Below are positions 38,061-46,223 of a DNA stretch of 64,000 nt, piece by piece (position 1 is the stretch's first letter; every line of letters starts with the position of its first letter). Origin of the DNA: an uncultured virus (IMG/VR IMGVR_UViG_3300033067_001144) (taxonomy: Duplodnaviria; Heunggongvirae; Uroviricota; Caudoviricetes); the IMG/VR virus record IMGVR_UViG_3300033067_001144; one strand, written 5' to 3'. The notes under the pieces are model-generated. The model was not told the origin of the DNA, made no database searches, and worked only from the letters and a program-made list of their open reading frames with translations. Position numbers and translations under genes: made by a program.

Positions 38061-38345
38061 ATGGCAGAACGACTATGGAGAGTCCAGCCTCGCTTTGCCT
38101 TCTCCAGTCTCGCCTCACAGACTTGGGTTCCTACGGCTCCTACGGATGAGCCGTGGAATCGGGTTGCTCGTTACCTATACTGGGACGTGCTTGCGACGGT
38201 CACAGCGGGCCTCGTGGGACCGCTGCCGACCACTATCTCTGCGACGGTAGGAATCGGAAAGACGTACACGGCACGCTCAGGGGGCATACAGCAATACCAA
38301 GTGGGTTTGGCTCCGTCAGGCACAGACGTCGGCTACTTCGCTTAA
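38061..38345 (+). CDS. Hypothetical protein
   Basis: Tightly packed ORF. Confidence 0.6.
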   Translation: MAERLWRVQPRFAFSSLASQTWVPTAPTDEPWNRVARYLYWDVLATVTAGLVGPLPTTISATVGIGKTYTARSGGIQQYQVGLAPSGTDVGYFA

Positions 38346-38369
38346 TCCTCTCACTCGTGGAAATTACGC

Positions 38370-38624
38370 ATGTACTACCGAATGTTGGTCCGCCCACACC
38401 CCACAGTCCACAAACTTTGCGGCACGGACTCTCCGATCGAAGAGTGCTGGCTGGAGACACGTGCTAAGGGTCACGGTGACTTTCGAGTTGGGATGCTGCC
38501 CGAGGGATGTACCGGCCCCACCACTCTCACCCTCATCTACGCCTCAGGGGGTAACTACGAGACTGCACAGGCTGAAGTGTACCTTTCGGCTGACGGCAAC
38601 ACCGCGTATCGGAGCATCGGATGA
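38370..38624 (+). CDS. Hypothetical protein
   Basis: ATGA overlap with tdk. Confidence 0.55.
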   Translation: MYYRMLVRPHPTVHKLCGTDSPIEECWLETRAKGHGDFRVGMLPEGCTGPTTLTLIYASGGNYETAQAEVYLSADGNTAYRSIG

Positions 38625-39193
38625 ATCCTCCTGGCTCTCTCACCGTAGTTTGTGGTCCGATGTACAGCGGCAAGACTGAAGAGCTGTTGCGTCGTATTCA
38701 GCGCGCAGAGTACGCGCGCATTCCGCTGCAGCTCTTCAAGCCCAAGCTCGACACTCGTTACAGCACAACCGACGTGGTATCTCACACGCAGATACGTCGC
38801 AAGGCCGAGTGCGTGGTGGACGCTGCTGATCTCCCCGAGATGGTGCGAGAGCGAACGCGAGTCGTTGGCATTGACGAGGTGCAGTTCTTCGGCTCGGACA
38901 TTCTCAAGGCGATAGAATGGCTCGTAGACACGGGCCGAACAGTTGTCGTCGCAGGCCTGGACTTGGATTACCTGGGCAAACCCTTTGGGTCTATGCCCAC
39001 GCTGCTCTCGTGGGCCCAGCACGTTCATAAGCTCGCGGCCGTGTGTTTTCGGTGTGGGTCAGACGCCACCCGTTCCTTTCGTCTTTCAGGTCTGTCCGAT
39101 TCCCCCATCCTTCTCGGAGGCACTGACCGCTACGAGGCACGTTGCCTGCGGTGCTATCGCGAAGGTCAGGAGATTCACCATGAACACCCCTGA
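38621..39193 (+). CDS. tdk: Thymidine kinase (TK1-type)
   Basis: GPMYSGKTEEL, KPKLDTRY, IDEVQFF, AGLDLDY..PFG, CFRC...YEARCLRC. Confidence 0.95.
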   Translation: MNPPGSLTVVCGPMYSGKTEELLRRIQRAEYARIPLQLFKPKLDTRYSTTDVVSHTQIRRKAECVVDAADLPEMVRERTRVVGIDEVQFFGSDILKAIEWLVDTGRTVVVAGLDLDYLGKPFGSMPTLLSWAQHVHKLAAVCFRCGSDATRSFRLSGLSDSPILLGGTDRYEARCLRCYREGQEIHHEHP

Positions 39194-39953
39194 GATTCCT
39201 CAAGGCATGGCCTACTTCTCGGCCGTCCTCAAGACCCTGCAATCGATGAGCCCTGGATTCGTCGTCGAGTACAAGAACGAGAGCCGCCTGCAAAAGCTGA
39301 TCGGGACGTTGTTGTTCTTCAACAAGACGTTCATGACGGCTTTCATCACGACGTTCTTCCATCACTCGTGGTTCCCTAGCGTCGAATTCGTCGCTGCCAA
39401 CCCCGACGGTGCCGGGGACGTGCTCTGGCACGAGGGCACGCACGACTTCGACGAGCAGCGCCTTCCACTGCGCATCAAGCTCGGGTCGTACCAAGGCTCG
39501 TTGCTGTACCAGTTCCTCTACCTGTTCCCGGCCTCGCTGGGGGCCATGGTGTTTGGGGCCGGGCTGTTCTTCCTGCTGCTCGGGATCTTCGTGCACGCGG
39601 TGCTTCCGCTTTCGTGGTTGCTCCTCGTCGGAGTGGTTGTCGCGGCCATCCCCTTCGCTCCGTTCCGTATGCAGATCGAGATGCGTGGCTACGGGATGAG
39701 TCTTCTCATCTGGTACCTGCGCGGCATGAAGAAAGACAGCGAAGAGTACAAGGCCGTCATGGAGCACTACACCTCCATGTTCGTGGGCCCGAACTACTAC
39801 TTCATGTGGCCCTTCAAGGCCAGCGTTGTACGCCAACTGGAAAGGACGTGGGCCGACATCGAGTCGGGCCGCATCTACGAAGGCACTGCGCAAGAGCCCT
39901 ACCGTCGGGCCCGCGACTTCTTCCAGAACCCACCCCAGGCCCCCAAGGCCTGA
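39180..39953 (+). CDS. Membrane protein with HExxH motif (possible zinc metallopeptidase)
   Basis: VLWHEGTH, two hydrophobic helices, downstream EMRGY. Confidence 0.6.
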   Translation: MNTPEIPQGMAYFSAVLKTLQSMSPGFVVEYKNESRLQKLIGTLLFFNKTFMTAFITTFFHHSWFPSVEFVAANPDGAGDVLWHEGTHDFDEQRLPLRIKLGSYQGSLLYQFLYLFPASLGAMVFGAGLFFLLLGIFVHAVLPLSWLLLVGVVVAAIPFAPFRMQIEMRGYGMSLLIWYLRGMKKDSEEYKAVMEHYTSMFVGPNYYFMWPFKASVVRQLERTWADIESGRIYEGTAQEPYRRARDFFQNPPQAPKA

Positions 39954-39960
39954 CCCCAGA

Positions 39961-39998
39961 ACCCCGCGTGGCTACCACATGGTCCCGCGGGTTTTTCA
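39961..39998 (+). terminator. Probable intrinsic terminator
   Basis: CCCGCG...CGCGGG stem followed by TTTTTC. Confidence 0.55.
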
Positions 39999-40034
39999 TC
40001 GCCTATAAGCCCCGTAAAAGACGCTCGGTGAATC

Positions 40035-40508
40035 ATGAGCGACGACTCTGACGACACAAAAGCCTGGCAACGGTGGTGGACGAAACGGACGGAGCTTGGG
40101 ATCAGCCGCGCCACCAGTCGTTCTCCACTCTCTCCGAGGTACTGGCCTGCTACGCGAGAAGATAGCTTCCTGGACCCCTTTTCGGACGAGCTCATTCAAG
40201 CAATCACGGAGCGCTATGGGAGACCTCCCTTGCAGTCTCCTCAAGGACTCACAGGAGTCAAATACTTCATCAACACGTCGTACTATCCGATGCTGGTAGG
40301 TGAGCCGGTGTGGCAGCCCTGGGACGACGTTCAGCTTCGAGACGCTTTCCCTCCGCTCACCAGGACAGAGCTTAGGCGGATGTTATCCTTGCCGCTCCCT
40401 GCGACGGTCCGGGACGCATTCCTGGACAGGACTCCTTCGAATCTTCCCGAGCGCGACTGGCAACGCCTCAACGACCTTCTGCTGGCACTCTACCCGGACC
40501 CGGCCTGA
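40035..40508 (+). CDS. Hypothetical protein, paralog family A
   Basis: Shares W..R.TEL, ERY, WDDV, W.RLND.L with 42713. Confidence 0.7.
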   Translation: MSDDSDDTKAWQRWWTKRTELGISRATSRSPLSPRYWPATREDSFLDPFSDELIQAITERYGRPPLQSPQGLTGVKYFINTSYYPMLVGEPVWQPWDDVQLRDAFPPLTRTELRRMLSLPLPATVRDAFLDRTPSNLPERDWQRLNDLLLALYPDPA

Positions 40509-40560
40509 CGGCTGGGTTTGGGCCGTTTTAGGGCTGAAAACACCCCATTTATCCGCTCCC

Positions 40561-40608
40561 TTGACAGGGGTACTGGGGACGTTCTATCTTGGGGAGGGGG
40601 TTCCATTG
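40561..40608 (+). promoter_or_regulatory. Sigma70-like early promoter P1
   Basis: TTGACA-18 bp-TATCTT then GGGGAGGGGGTTCCATTG. Confidence 0.8.
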
Positions 40609-40630
40609 TCCAAACCCAGGAGACGAGCCC

Positions 40631-40852
40631 ATGAAGAACGCGAACGCAGAGCCGGATGCGCTGTTCGAGCGACTGTTGGAGCGCGCACGCAAGCGACAGG
40701 TCCAAGAAGCGGTCGTCCTCGTGCTCAACGACGAGTGCCGTGCAGAGCAGCTTAACACTATGCTGACTAAGGATCAGGCCGATTGCCTGATGAGCTATGG
40801 CAAGCTGCGGCTCGCGAACCGTGCACTCGTCGCAGACGTTACGAACCGCTGA
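40631..40852 (+). CDS. Hypothetical protein
   Basis: AGGAG RBS downstream of P1. Confidence 0.65.
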   Translation: MKNANAEPDALFERLLERARKRQVQEAVVLVLNDECRAEQLNTMLTKDQADCLMSYGKLRLANRALVADVTNR

Positions 40853-40877
40853 AAACCCCAAGACACCAGAGGCGACC

Positions 40878-41309
40878 ATGAGCAAGACCGTTCCGATGAC
40901 CCTCCCCGTTTTCAAGCGTCATGCTCGTGCCGCGGGCTTCAAGCTCTCGGGTCTCACGATCGTGGCCTCTGGATACGAAGAGCTCTTTCTGAGCTCCAAG
41001 AACTGTCCCTCTCTCGAAGACTTCCGGTACGGGATCATCCTCGAATTTCCCGAGGGGTCGAAAGGGTCGTTCGACGTGTATCTCTCGAACGAAGGGGCGC
41101 TAGATGGCAGCTTCCCGAAGGGCCTGAGCCCGACGCAGAAAACGTTTCACACGATCTGCCTTCAGCGAGAGAAGGAAGCCGAGGCAGCCCTGAAGAAGGG
41201 GGCTAAGTCTCTCGATGCCCTGGCGAAGCAGCTCCCCTTGCTGCACCACCTCGTGGTGGACCTCAACAACGCGCTGCACCAATTCAACAAGGCCTCAGAG
41301 AAGCAGTGA
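40878..41309 (+). CDS. Hypothetical protein
   Basis: GAGG...GACCATG start context. Confidence 0.7.
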   Translation: MSKTVPMTLPVFKRHARAAGFKLSGLTIVASGYEELFLSSKNCPSLEDFRYGIILEFPEGSKGSFDVYLSNEGALDGSFPKGLSPTQKTFHTICLQREKEAEAALKKGAKSLDALAKQLPLLHHLVVDLNNALHQFNKASEKQ

Positions 41310-41311
41310 CC

Positions 41312-41632
41312 ATGAGCACGAAGAAGCCCTACACCGCGTACCCGCATGTTGCGGCTGCGCTCTCCGTTCAGGTCGGAGATGTTCGGCTCGTGCTGGGCCG
41401 TCGCAAACGCGTGGTCGAACTGATCGCAGACGGCACGTATCGTGCGAACGTGACGCTCCTGAAGAATCTCTCGAAAGAACACCCCTCGACCTTCGACGAG
41501 GGAGAAGACGCGGATCGGCTAGGAGAGCGGGGTTCGGTGCCGAACCCTCGGGATAGGCGAAACAAGGTTCTGATTCACGCGTGGTCGCGTGAAAACGCGG
41601 TGAAATTCGCGAAGCTGTTGTTGAACCAATAG
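41312..41632 (+). CDS. Hypothetical protein
   Basis: GACCATG start context. Confidence 0.65.
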   Translation: MSTKKPYTAYPHVAAALSVQVGDVRLVLGRRKRVVELIADGTYRANVTLLKNLSKEHPSTFDEGEDADRLGERGSVPNPRDRRNKVLIHAWSRENAVKFAKLLLNQ

Positions 41633-41641
41633 GAGGAAGCC

Positions 41642-41923
41642 TTGCACGTTCATACGTTGGTCTGGGGTTCCGAGTTTCGGCTGTTCGTAGAGCAGCCCGA
41701 TGGCTTCATGAACGTCCAGACGTTTCGTGGGCAGACGTTCCTGCGTGAGCAACGCAACGTCACAAAACGCGAGGCCCGTAGCCTGTGGCGGTCCCTCGTC
41801 CGGGACGGGTTTGAGTTCCACAGCAGCACCAAGATTCGCACCCCGAAGGGCTGGGTGCCAAAGCCCACGTACCGACCCGACTACCAAGAGCCCGAAGCCC
41901 TCGGGCTGCCAGGAGTGACGTGA
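41642..41923 (+). CDS. Hypothetical protein
   Basis: AGGAGG then TTG start. Confidence 0.6.
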   Translation: MHVHTLVWGSEFRLFVEQPDGFMNVQTFRGQTFLREQRNVTKREARSLWRSLVRDGFEFHSSTKIRTPKGWVPKPTYRPDYQEPEALGLPGVT

Positions 41924-41926
41924 TCC

Positions 41927-42691
41927 ATGGAGCTTCCGTACGTACGCATGACCGTCGATCGCTACCTACGGAAGCTCCAAGCGGGCTTCCGTGCGGTGGG
42001 CCCTGCCTTAGGGTCGCATCGCACCCCCGACGTACGCATTCACCGCGGCGTCTGGACCGTGGTCCAGCACGAGCGAGAGAACCCTCGTACGGGTCTTCCC
42101 GAAATCAATTTCATGATCGGGCTCTTTCCGAACCGGAAAGCCGCGCGGGTGCACTACACGTTCGACGCACGAGGAAGGGACGCTCTGTCGGTCGATCCGA
42201 CCCCGGACTCTGTAGACTCGTACGGAAGTCCGATGAGTCCGAACGTCGCACCCACGGTGCTGTGCTCCGATGGGCTAGTGGCGACGCAATACGAGATAGA
42301 CCTCGTGCTCTTACGCTACCGGGATTTCGAGCCCTGCATTCAACACACGCGGGAAGACCAAGAGCGTCTAGTTAGCGTGAGTTTGTTGAAAGAGCCCTGG
42401 TCCGAGTCGCTTCGACCGTACGTGGCTCACATTCACGAGGTCCCTCGGGCCCGTGCTCAGAGGTACTATGAGAGCTGCCAGATTGTTCACGAAGTGGCCG
42501 ACCTGAAGGGCAAGACACTGCCGTGGGTGATTGAACAATCGGCCGAGGGCAAGGATCCTCTCGCAATACTGCACGTGGCGCTGATGCACAGCGGGTATAC
42601 GCAGACGGTGGACGATCTCCTTCGCGGAATGCCTGATGGCACAAATCAGCTCACGAGCCATGACCGTATGGGGCCCTTTCCCCCTCAGTAG
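41927..42691 (+). CDS. Hypothetical protein
   Basis: 254-aa ORF in the gene string. Confidence 0.7.
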   Translation: MELPYVRMTVDRYLRKLQAGFRAVGPALGSHRTPDVRIHRGVWTVVQHERENPRTGLPEINFMIGLFPNRKAARVHYTFDARGRDALSVDPTPDSVDSYGSPMSPNVAPTVLCSDGLVATQYEIDLVLLRYRDFEPCIQHTREDQERLVSVSLLKEPWSESLRPYVAHIHEVPRARAQRYYESCQIVHEVADLKGKTLPWVIEQSAEGKDPLAILHVALMHSGYTQTVDDLLRGMPDGTNQLTSHDRMGPFPPQ

Positions 42692-42712
42692 AGGGCAGAA
42701 AGATCGTGAGCT

Positions 42713-43192
42713 ATGACCGACGAGGAACGCATGGCCGATTGGTGGGATCGGCGATCCACCGAACTACGGATGGAGGAGAAGCTTGGCCCTACCCCGCTGT
42801 ACTTCTTTCCGCGGGATGAGGTCGACACGTGGAAAGCCGCTCCGCTGAGCGAGGGGCTCCGCTCTGCTCACAAAGAGCGTTACGCGAACTGCGCGCTGCT
42901 CGATGCGACGTCCGTGACCCTGGCCTACGCCATCTACAACAACTTCTGGTCCCCTCCTTCGGTCCTTGCTGAGTCTTGGGAGCTCTGGGACGACGTGACA
43001 GAGGATTACGGTCTTGTCGTACCGGAGTGGAGACAGGCCTACTTGCAGGAACTTGCCGAGTACGAACGCACGGCAATAGTTCGTGGCTTTGTGATCGAGA
43101 AAGCTCTCGACACGGACCTGAGCGGTCGAGAGTGGGAACGCTTGAACGACTACCTCAACGCATACTTCCCCATCACACAGAGGGCTGCATGA
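42713..43192 (+). CDS. Hypothetical protein, paralog family A
   Basis: Shares the motifs listed for 40035. Confidence 0.7.
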   Translation: MTDEERMADWWDRRSTELRMEEKLGPTPLYFFPRDEVDTWKAAPLSEGLRSAHKERYANCALLDATSVTLAYAIYNNFWSPPSVLAESWELWDDVTEDYGLVVPEWRQAYLQELAEYERTAIVRGFVIEKALDTDLSGREWERLNDYLNAYFPITQRAA

Positions 43193-43740
43193 GCAAGCAC
43201 TACGTCGTCTCGGAATCCTACCCGGCCTATCGCTACCACATTCGCTCCTGCTCGCAGGACGAGAAGGGACGAAAAGACAATCACCGGCCGAACACCGTGT
43301 TCGCGTTGTGCGGCGGAGAGGTGCGGTGGGACACACTGTGCCCGGTACCCTCGAAGCCCGAGCACTGGAAGAACCGCAACGGACAGCAATACTGCCAAGC
43401 CTGCTACGAGGTCTACATAGGCGCAGCACCAGTTGTGGCCCACTCAAGTGTTGCTGAGAAAGCCGAGAGTAAGAAACGCACAAAGACGCTCAAGACCAAG
43501 GGTGGGTCGAAGCACAGCGTGTCCAAGCACACACTGGAAGACGCGAGACGCAATCACGCTGCGATTCTGGACACGAAGGCTTCTCAAAAGCCGTTCACGG
43601 CTACGGAGCGTTCCTCGAAAGACCTTGAAGACGCAAAGCGGATCGTTCGGGGTCTCGCTGTGTGGGACGTGAAGGCGCTCATCACATACGCGAACAGTTG
43701 GCTCTCCAAGCTCGAAGAAGACTTCAGCGAAGACGACTGA
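43189..43740 (+). CDS. Hypothetical protein with possible His/Cys zinc site
   Basis: YHIR...ALCG...YCQAC. Confidence 0.65.
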   Translation: MSKHYVVSESYPAYRYHIRSCSQDEKGRKDNHRPNTVFALCGGEVRWDTLCPVPSKPEHWKNRNGQQYCQACYEVYIGAAPVVAHSSVAEKAESKKRTKTLKTKGGSKHSVSKHTLEDARRNHAAILDTKASQKPFTATERSSKDLEDAKRIVRGLAVWDVKALITYANSWLSKLEEDFSEDD

Positions 43741-43750
43741 GAGGCTTACC

Positions 43751-44389
43751 GTGAGTGAGGAGAAACGCCTCCGCGATTACTGGGCTGCGCTCGAAGCCAA
43801 CGCACGAAACGTCAGCCACACCGATCGCGACACGAAGCCGCAGCCCCGGAAAGGGCCAATCCCGGTCTACCATTTCGCAGCGGATAATCAGGAATACAAC
43901 AACGAGCCGATAGAGCGTTTGGAAGACGATTCGCTTGCGTGGTGGACCTCGGCCGACTTCGAACGCTCCTTCCGAGATCGTTACAACGCGATCGTCCGTG
44001 TCACGACAACCTTCATGAGTCTTCTCGACGTGATCGAGGCGCACACGGGAGCCCCGGCCCCGCAGGAAGGGGACGCTCCTTACAACCCTTACACTGACGA
44101 CGCGATGTTCTCGGAGGACGAGCGATCCGCGCTCCCACGCGAGCCTTCTCAGCGGAGAACCCTCTACCTCGCAGCCCTAATGGACGTGGCTGCGCAGGAG
44201 AAAGTAATCCCTCCCTTCAGCCTTCAAGGGAACGTACTTCAAGAGCGCGAGGACTTTCGGGCCCTTTTGGCTAGTGGGCTCGACCCCTTGCCCATGCCCA
44301 CACGCGGCTGGTTCGTACGACAAATCGTCCCCCAATCGGTCGTTGAGCTCTTCGTCTTCGACGACACAGCCCTCAACGACCTAGCCTGA
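43751..44389 (+). CDS. Hypothetical protein, N-terminus related to family A
   Basis: MSEEKRLRDYW...GPIPVYHF...RDRY versus MTDEERMADWW...GPTPLYFF...KERY. Confidence 0.65.
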   Translation: MSEEKRLRDYWAALEANARNVSHTDRDTKPQPRKGPIPVYHFAADNQEYNNEPIERLEDDSLAWWTSADFERSFRDRYNAIVRVTTTFMSLLDVIEAHTGAPAPQEGDAPYNPYTDDAMFSEDERSALPREPSQRRTLYLAALMDVAAQEKVIPPFSLQGNVLQEREDFRALLASGLDPLPMPTRGWFVRQIVPQSVVELFVFDDTALNDLA

Positions 44390-44424
44390 CCCCTACAACA
44401 CGACACACGAAAGGACACACGACC

Positions 44425-44856
44425 ATGGCACGAGGCAACAACGGCGGATACGATGCGGAGAAGGACGCTCGCGTCGAGCTCCTGGGGACGAAGATGTTCG
44501 GGGACAAAGAGAAGGGCTTCAAGCTGATCGTCGAGATCAAGAGCTACGACGGAGGGGCCCCGAAGACGTCCATCACGAAGCGCTTCTACCCGAGCAAGCG
44601 GGAGTCGAACGCGGGCCGTCTCACGATGGAAGAGACGCTCGCGGTAGCCGACATCCTCTCGTCGGACGAAGCCCGCAAGACGCTCAAGGGCCTGCAGCGC
44701 AAGGAAGACAGCAAGCCCGCATCGAAGGGCAGGAGCAGCAAAGACTCCGAGGAGGGCACTGGTAAGAAGCGCGTCCCGTCGAGCGAAGAAGATCGCAAGC
44801 CCTCCGCGCTGAGCAAGCGCCTGCGAGACCGCGCGAACCACGACTCAGAGGAGTGA
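44425..44856 (+). CDS. Hypothetical protein, possible PC4-like nucleic-acid-binding fold with disordered tail
   Basis: LIVEIKSYDGGAPK.SI..R...GRLTMEE pattern; AAGGA RBS. Confidence 0.45.
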   Translation: MARGNNGGYDAEKDARVELLGTKMFGDKEKGFKLIVEIKSYDGGAPKTSITKRFYPSKRESNAGRLTMEETLAVADILSSDEARKTLKGLQRKEDSKPASKGRSSKDSEEGTGKKRVPSSEEDRKPSALSKRLRDRANHDSEE

Positions 44857-44988
44857 CCCCGTAAAGGAAGGGGGTCTACAACGGGGCCCAGGCGCAGGGA
44901 CCGCACATCCCGCACCGGGGCCCCAACCGGCCCAATAGCCCCCAGAACCCCCTCTAAATCCTCGGTTTTGCCCCAGAAATAAGGCCCC

Positions 44989-45030
44989 TTGACAGTGATT
45001 CACCCCCTCGGCTATCCTGGTGGAGGGGGA
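44989..45030 (+). promoter_or_regulatory. Sigma70-like promoter P2
   Basis: TTGACA-18 bp-TATCCT then GGTGGAGGGGGA. Confidence 0.75.
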
Positions 45031-45110
45031 GTATTGGTAGCGCGGGACAATTCGAGCCCGAACGCGAACCCCACAACGACCACGACTGAAAGCTGAAAGA
45101 GAGAACGACC

Positions 45111-46163
45111 ATGCCGAAGACCATCGCGAAGAAGTCCTCCCCGAAGACCGCTCCCAAGGCCGCGACCAAGAAGGGCAAGCCCGGCCCCAAGCCGAAGGCT
45201 GCCGCTGCGAAGGGGAAGCCCGGCCCCAAGCCCAAGGCTGCCACGGGCAAGGGCAAGCCCGGCCCCAAGCCGAAGGTCGAAGCGAAGGCTGAGCCGAAGA
45301 AGAGCAAGAAGAGCGCTGCCGTCAACCTCGGCATCCTCGGCGGACTGGAGCTGAAAGAGGGCTACCTCTACATCGAGCTGTGGGAGCGCAACGGCAAGCG
45401 CGTCACCGAAGTGGTGCGCTACGACGCGAAGATGAAGGTCGTGAGTGGCGAGAGCGGAGTGCTCTCCTTCCAGAACGCGAAGGAGGTCGGCTTCGTCGGC
45501 CGTGTGATGGCCTTCGCGGGCCTCAACTGGAAGCACCTCACGAAGCTCCCCGCGGAAGAGGACGCATTGCAGGAGGTCCTCACGGAGGACATGCTCAACA
45601 CCGAGACTGGCGGATACGACGACACCCCCGAGGGTTGGGCTGGCTCCGACACCAACCCGGACGAAGCGGAGACGAGCGAGGGCTCGTCTGAGCGCACCGG
45701 CAAGAAGCTGAAGAGCAAGAAGGCTGCGAAGAAGGACGAAGAGGAGTCCGAGGAAGACGCGGAAGAGATCGAGGAAGAGGAGGAAGAGGAGGACGGCAGC
45801 GAGGAGTCTGAGGAAGAAGAGGAAGAGGAAGAGGAAGAGGAAGAGGAAGAGAAAGAGAAAGAGAAAGAGGAAGAGAAGCCCGCCAACGGCAAGAAGGGTT
45901 CCAAGAAGGACGAGTCGGAGGAAGAAGAGGAAGAAGACTCCGACGAAGAGGACGAGGATTTCGACTCGGAGAACGAGTCCGAGGAAGAGGAAGAGGAAGA
46001 GGAAGAGGAAGAGGAAGAGGAAGAGGAAGAGGAAGAGGAAGAGGAAGAGGAAGAGGAAGAGTCGGAGAAGCCCGCGAAGAAGTCCAAGGACAAGGGCAAG
46101 ACTCCCTCGAAGAAGGGCACTGGCAAGCCCTCTGGCAAAGCCAGCAGCAGCAAGCGGCGGTAA
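45111..46163 (+). CDS. Histone-H1/HMGA-like protein: three KGKPGPKPK repeats, small folded core, poly-Glu tract, basic tail
   Basis: Sequence composition; has its own promoter and terminator. Confidence 0.75.
   Translation: MPKTIAKKSSPKTAPKAATKKGKPGPKPKAAAAKGKPGPKPKAATGKGKPGPKPKVEAKAEPKKSKKSAAVNLGILGGLELKEGYLYIELWERNGKRVTEVVRYDAKMKVVSGESGVLSFQNAKEVGFVGRVMAFAGLNWKHLTKLPAEEDALQEVLTEDMLNTETGGYDDTPEGWAGSDTNPDEAETSEGSSERTGKKLKSKKAAKKDEEESEEDAEEIEEEEEEEDGSEESEEEEEEEEEEEEEEKEKEKEEEKPANGKKGSKKDESEEEEEEDSDEEDEDFDSENESEEEEEEEEEEEEEEEEEEEEEEEEEEESEKPAKKSKDKGKTPSKKGTGKPSGKASSSKRR
45981..46061 (+). repeat. Perfect (GAGGAA)n microsatellite, 81 nt, encoding 27 Glu
   Basis: Directly visible in the sequence. 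Confidence 0.9.
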
Positions 46164-46171
46164 GTAACGCG

Positions 46172-46210
46172 AAGGCAGGTTCTCGAAAGGGAGCCTGCCT
46201 TTCTGCGTTT
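46172..46210 (+). terminator. Intrinsic terminator
   Basis: AAGGCAGGTTCTC-GAAA-GGGAGCCTGCCTT followed by TCTGCGTTT. Confidence 0.8.
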
Positions 46211-46223
46211 GTGAGAGGTCTAC

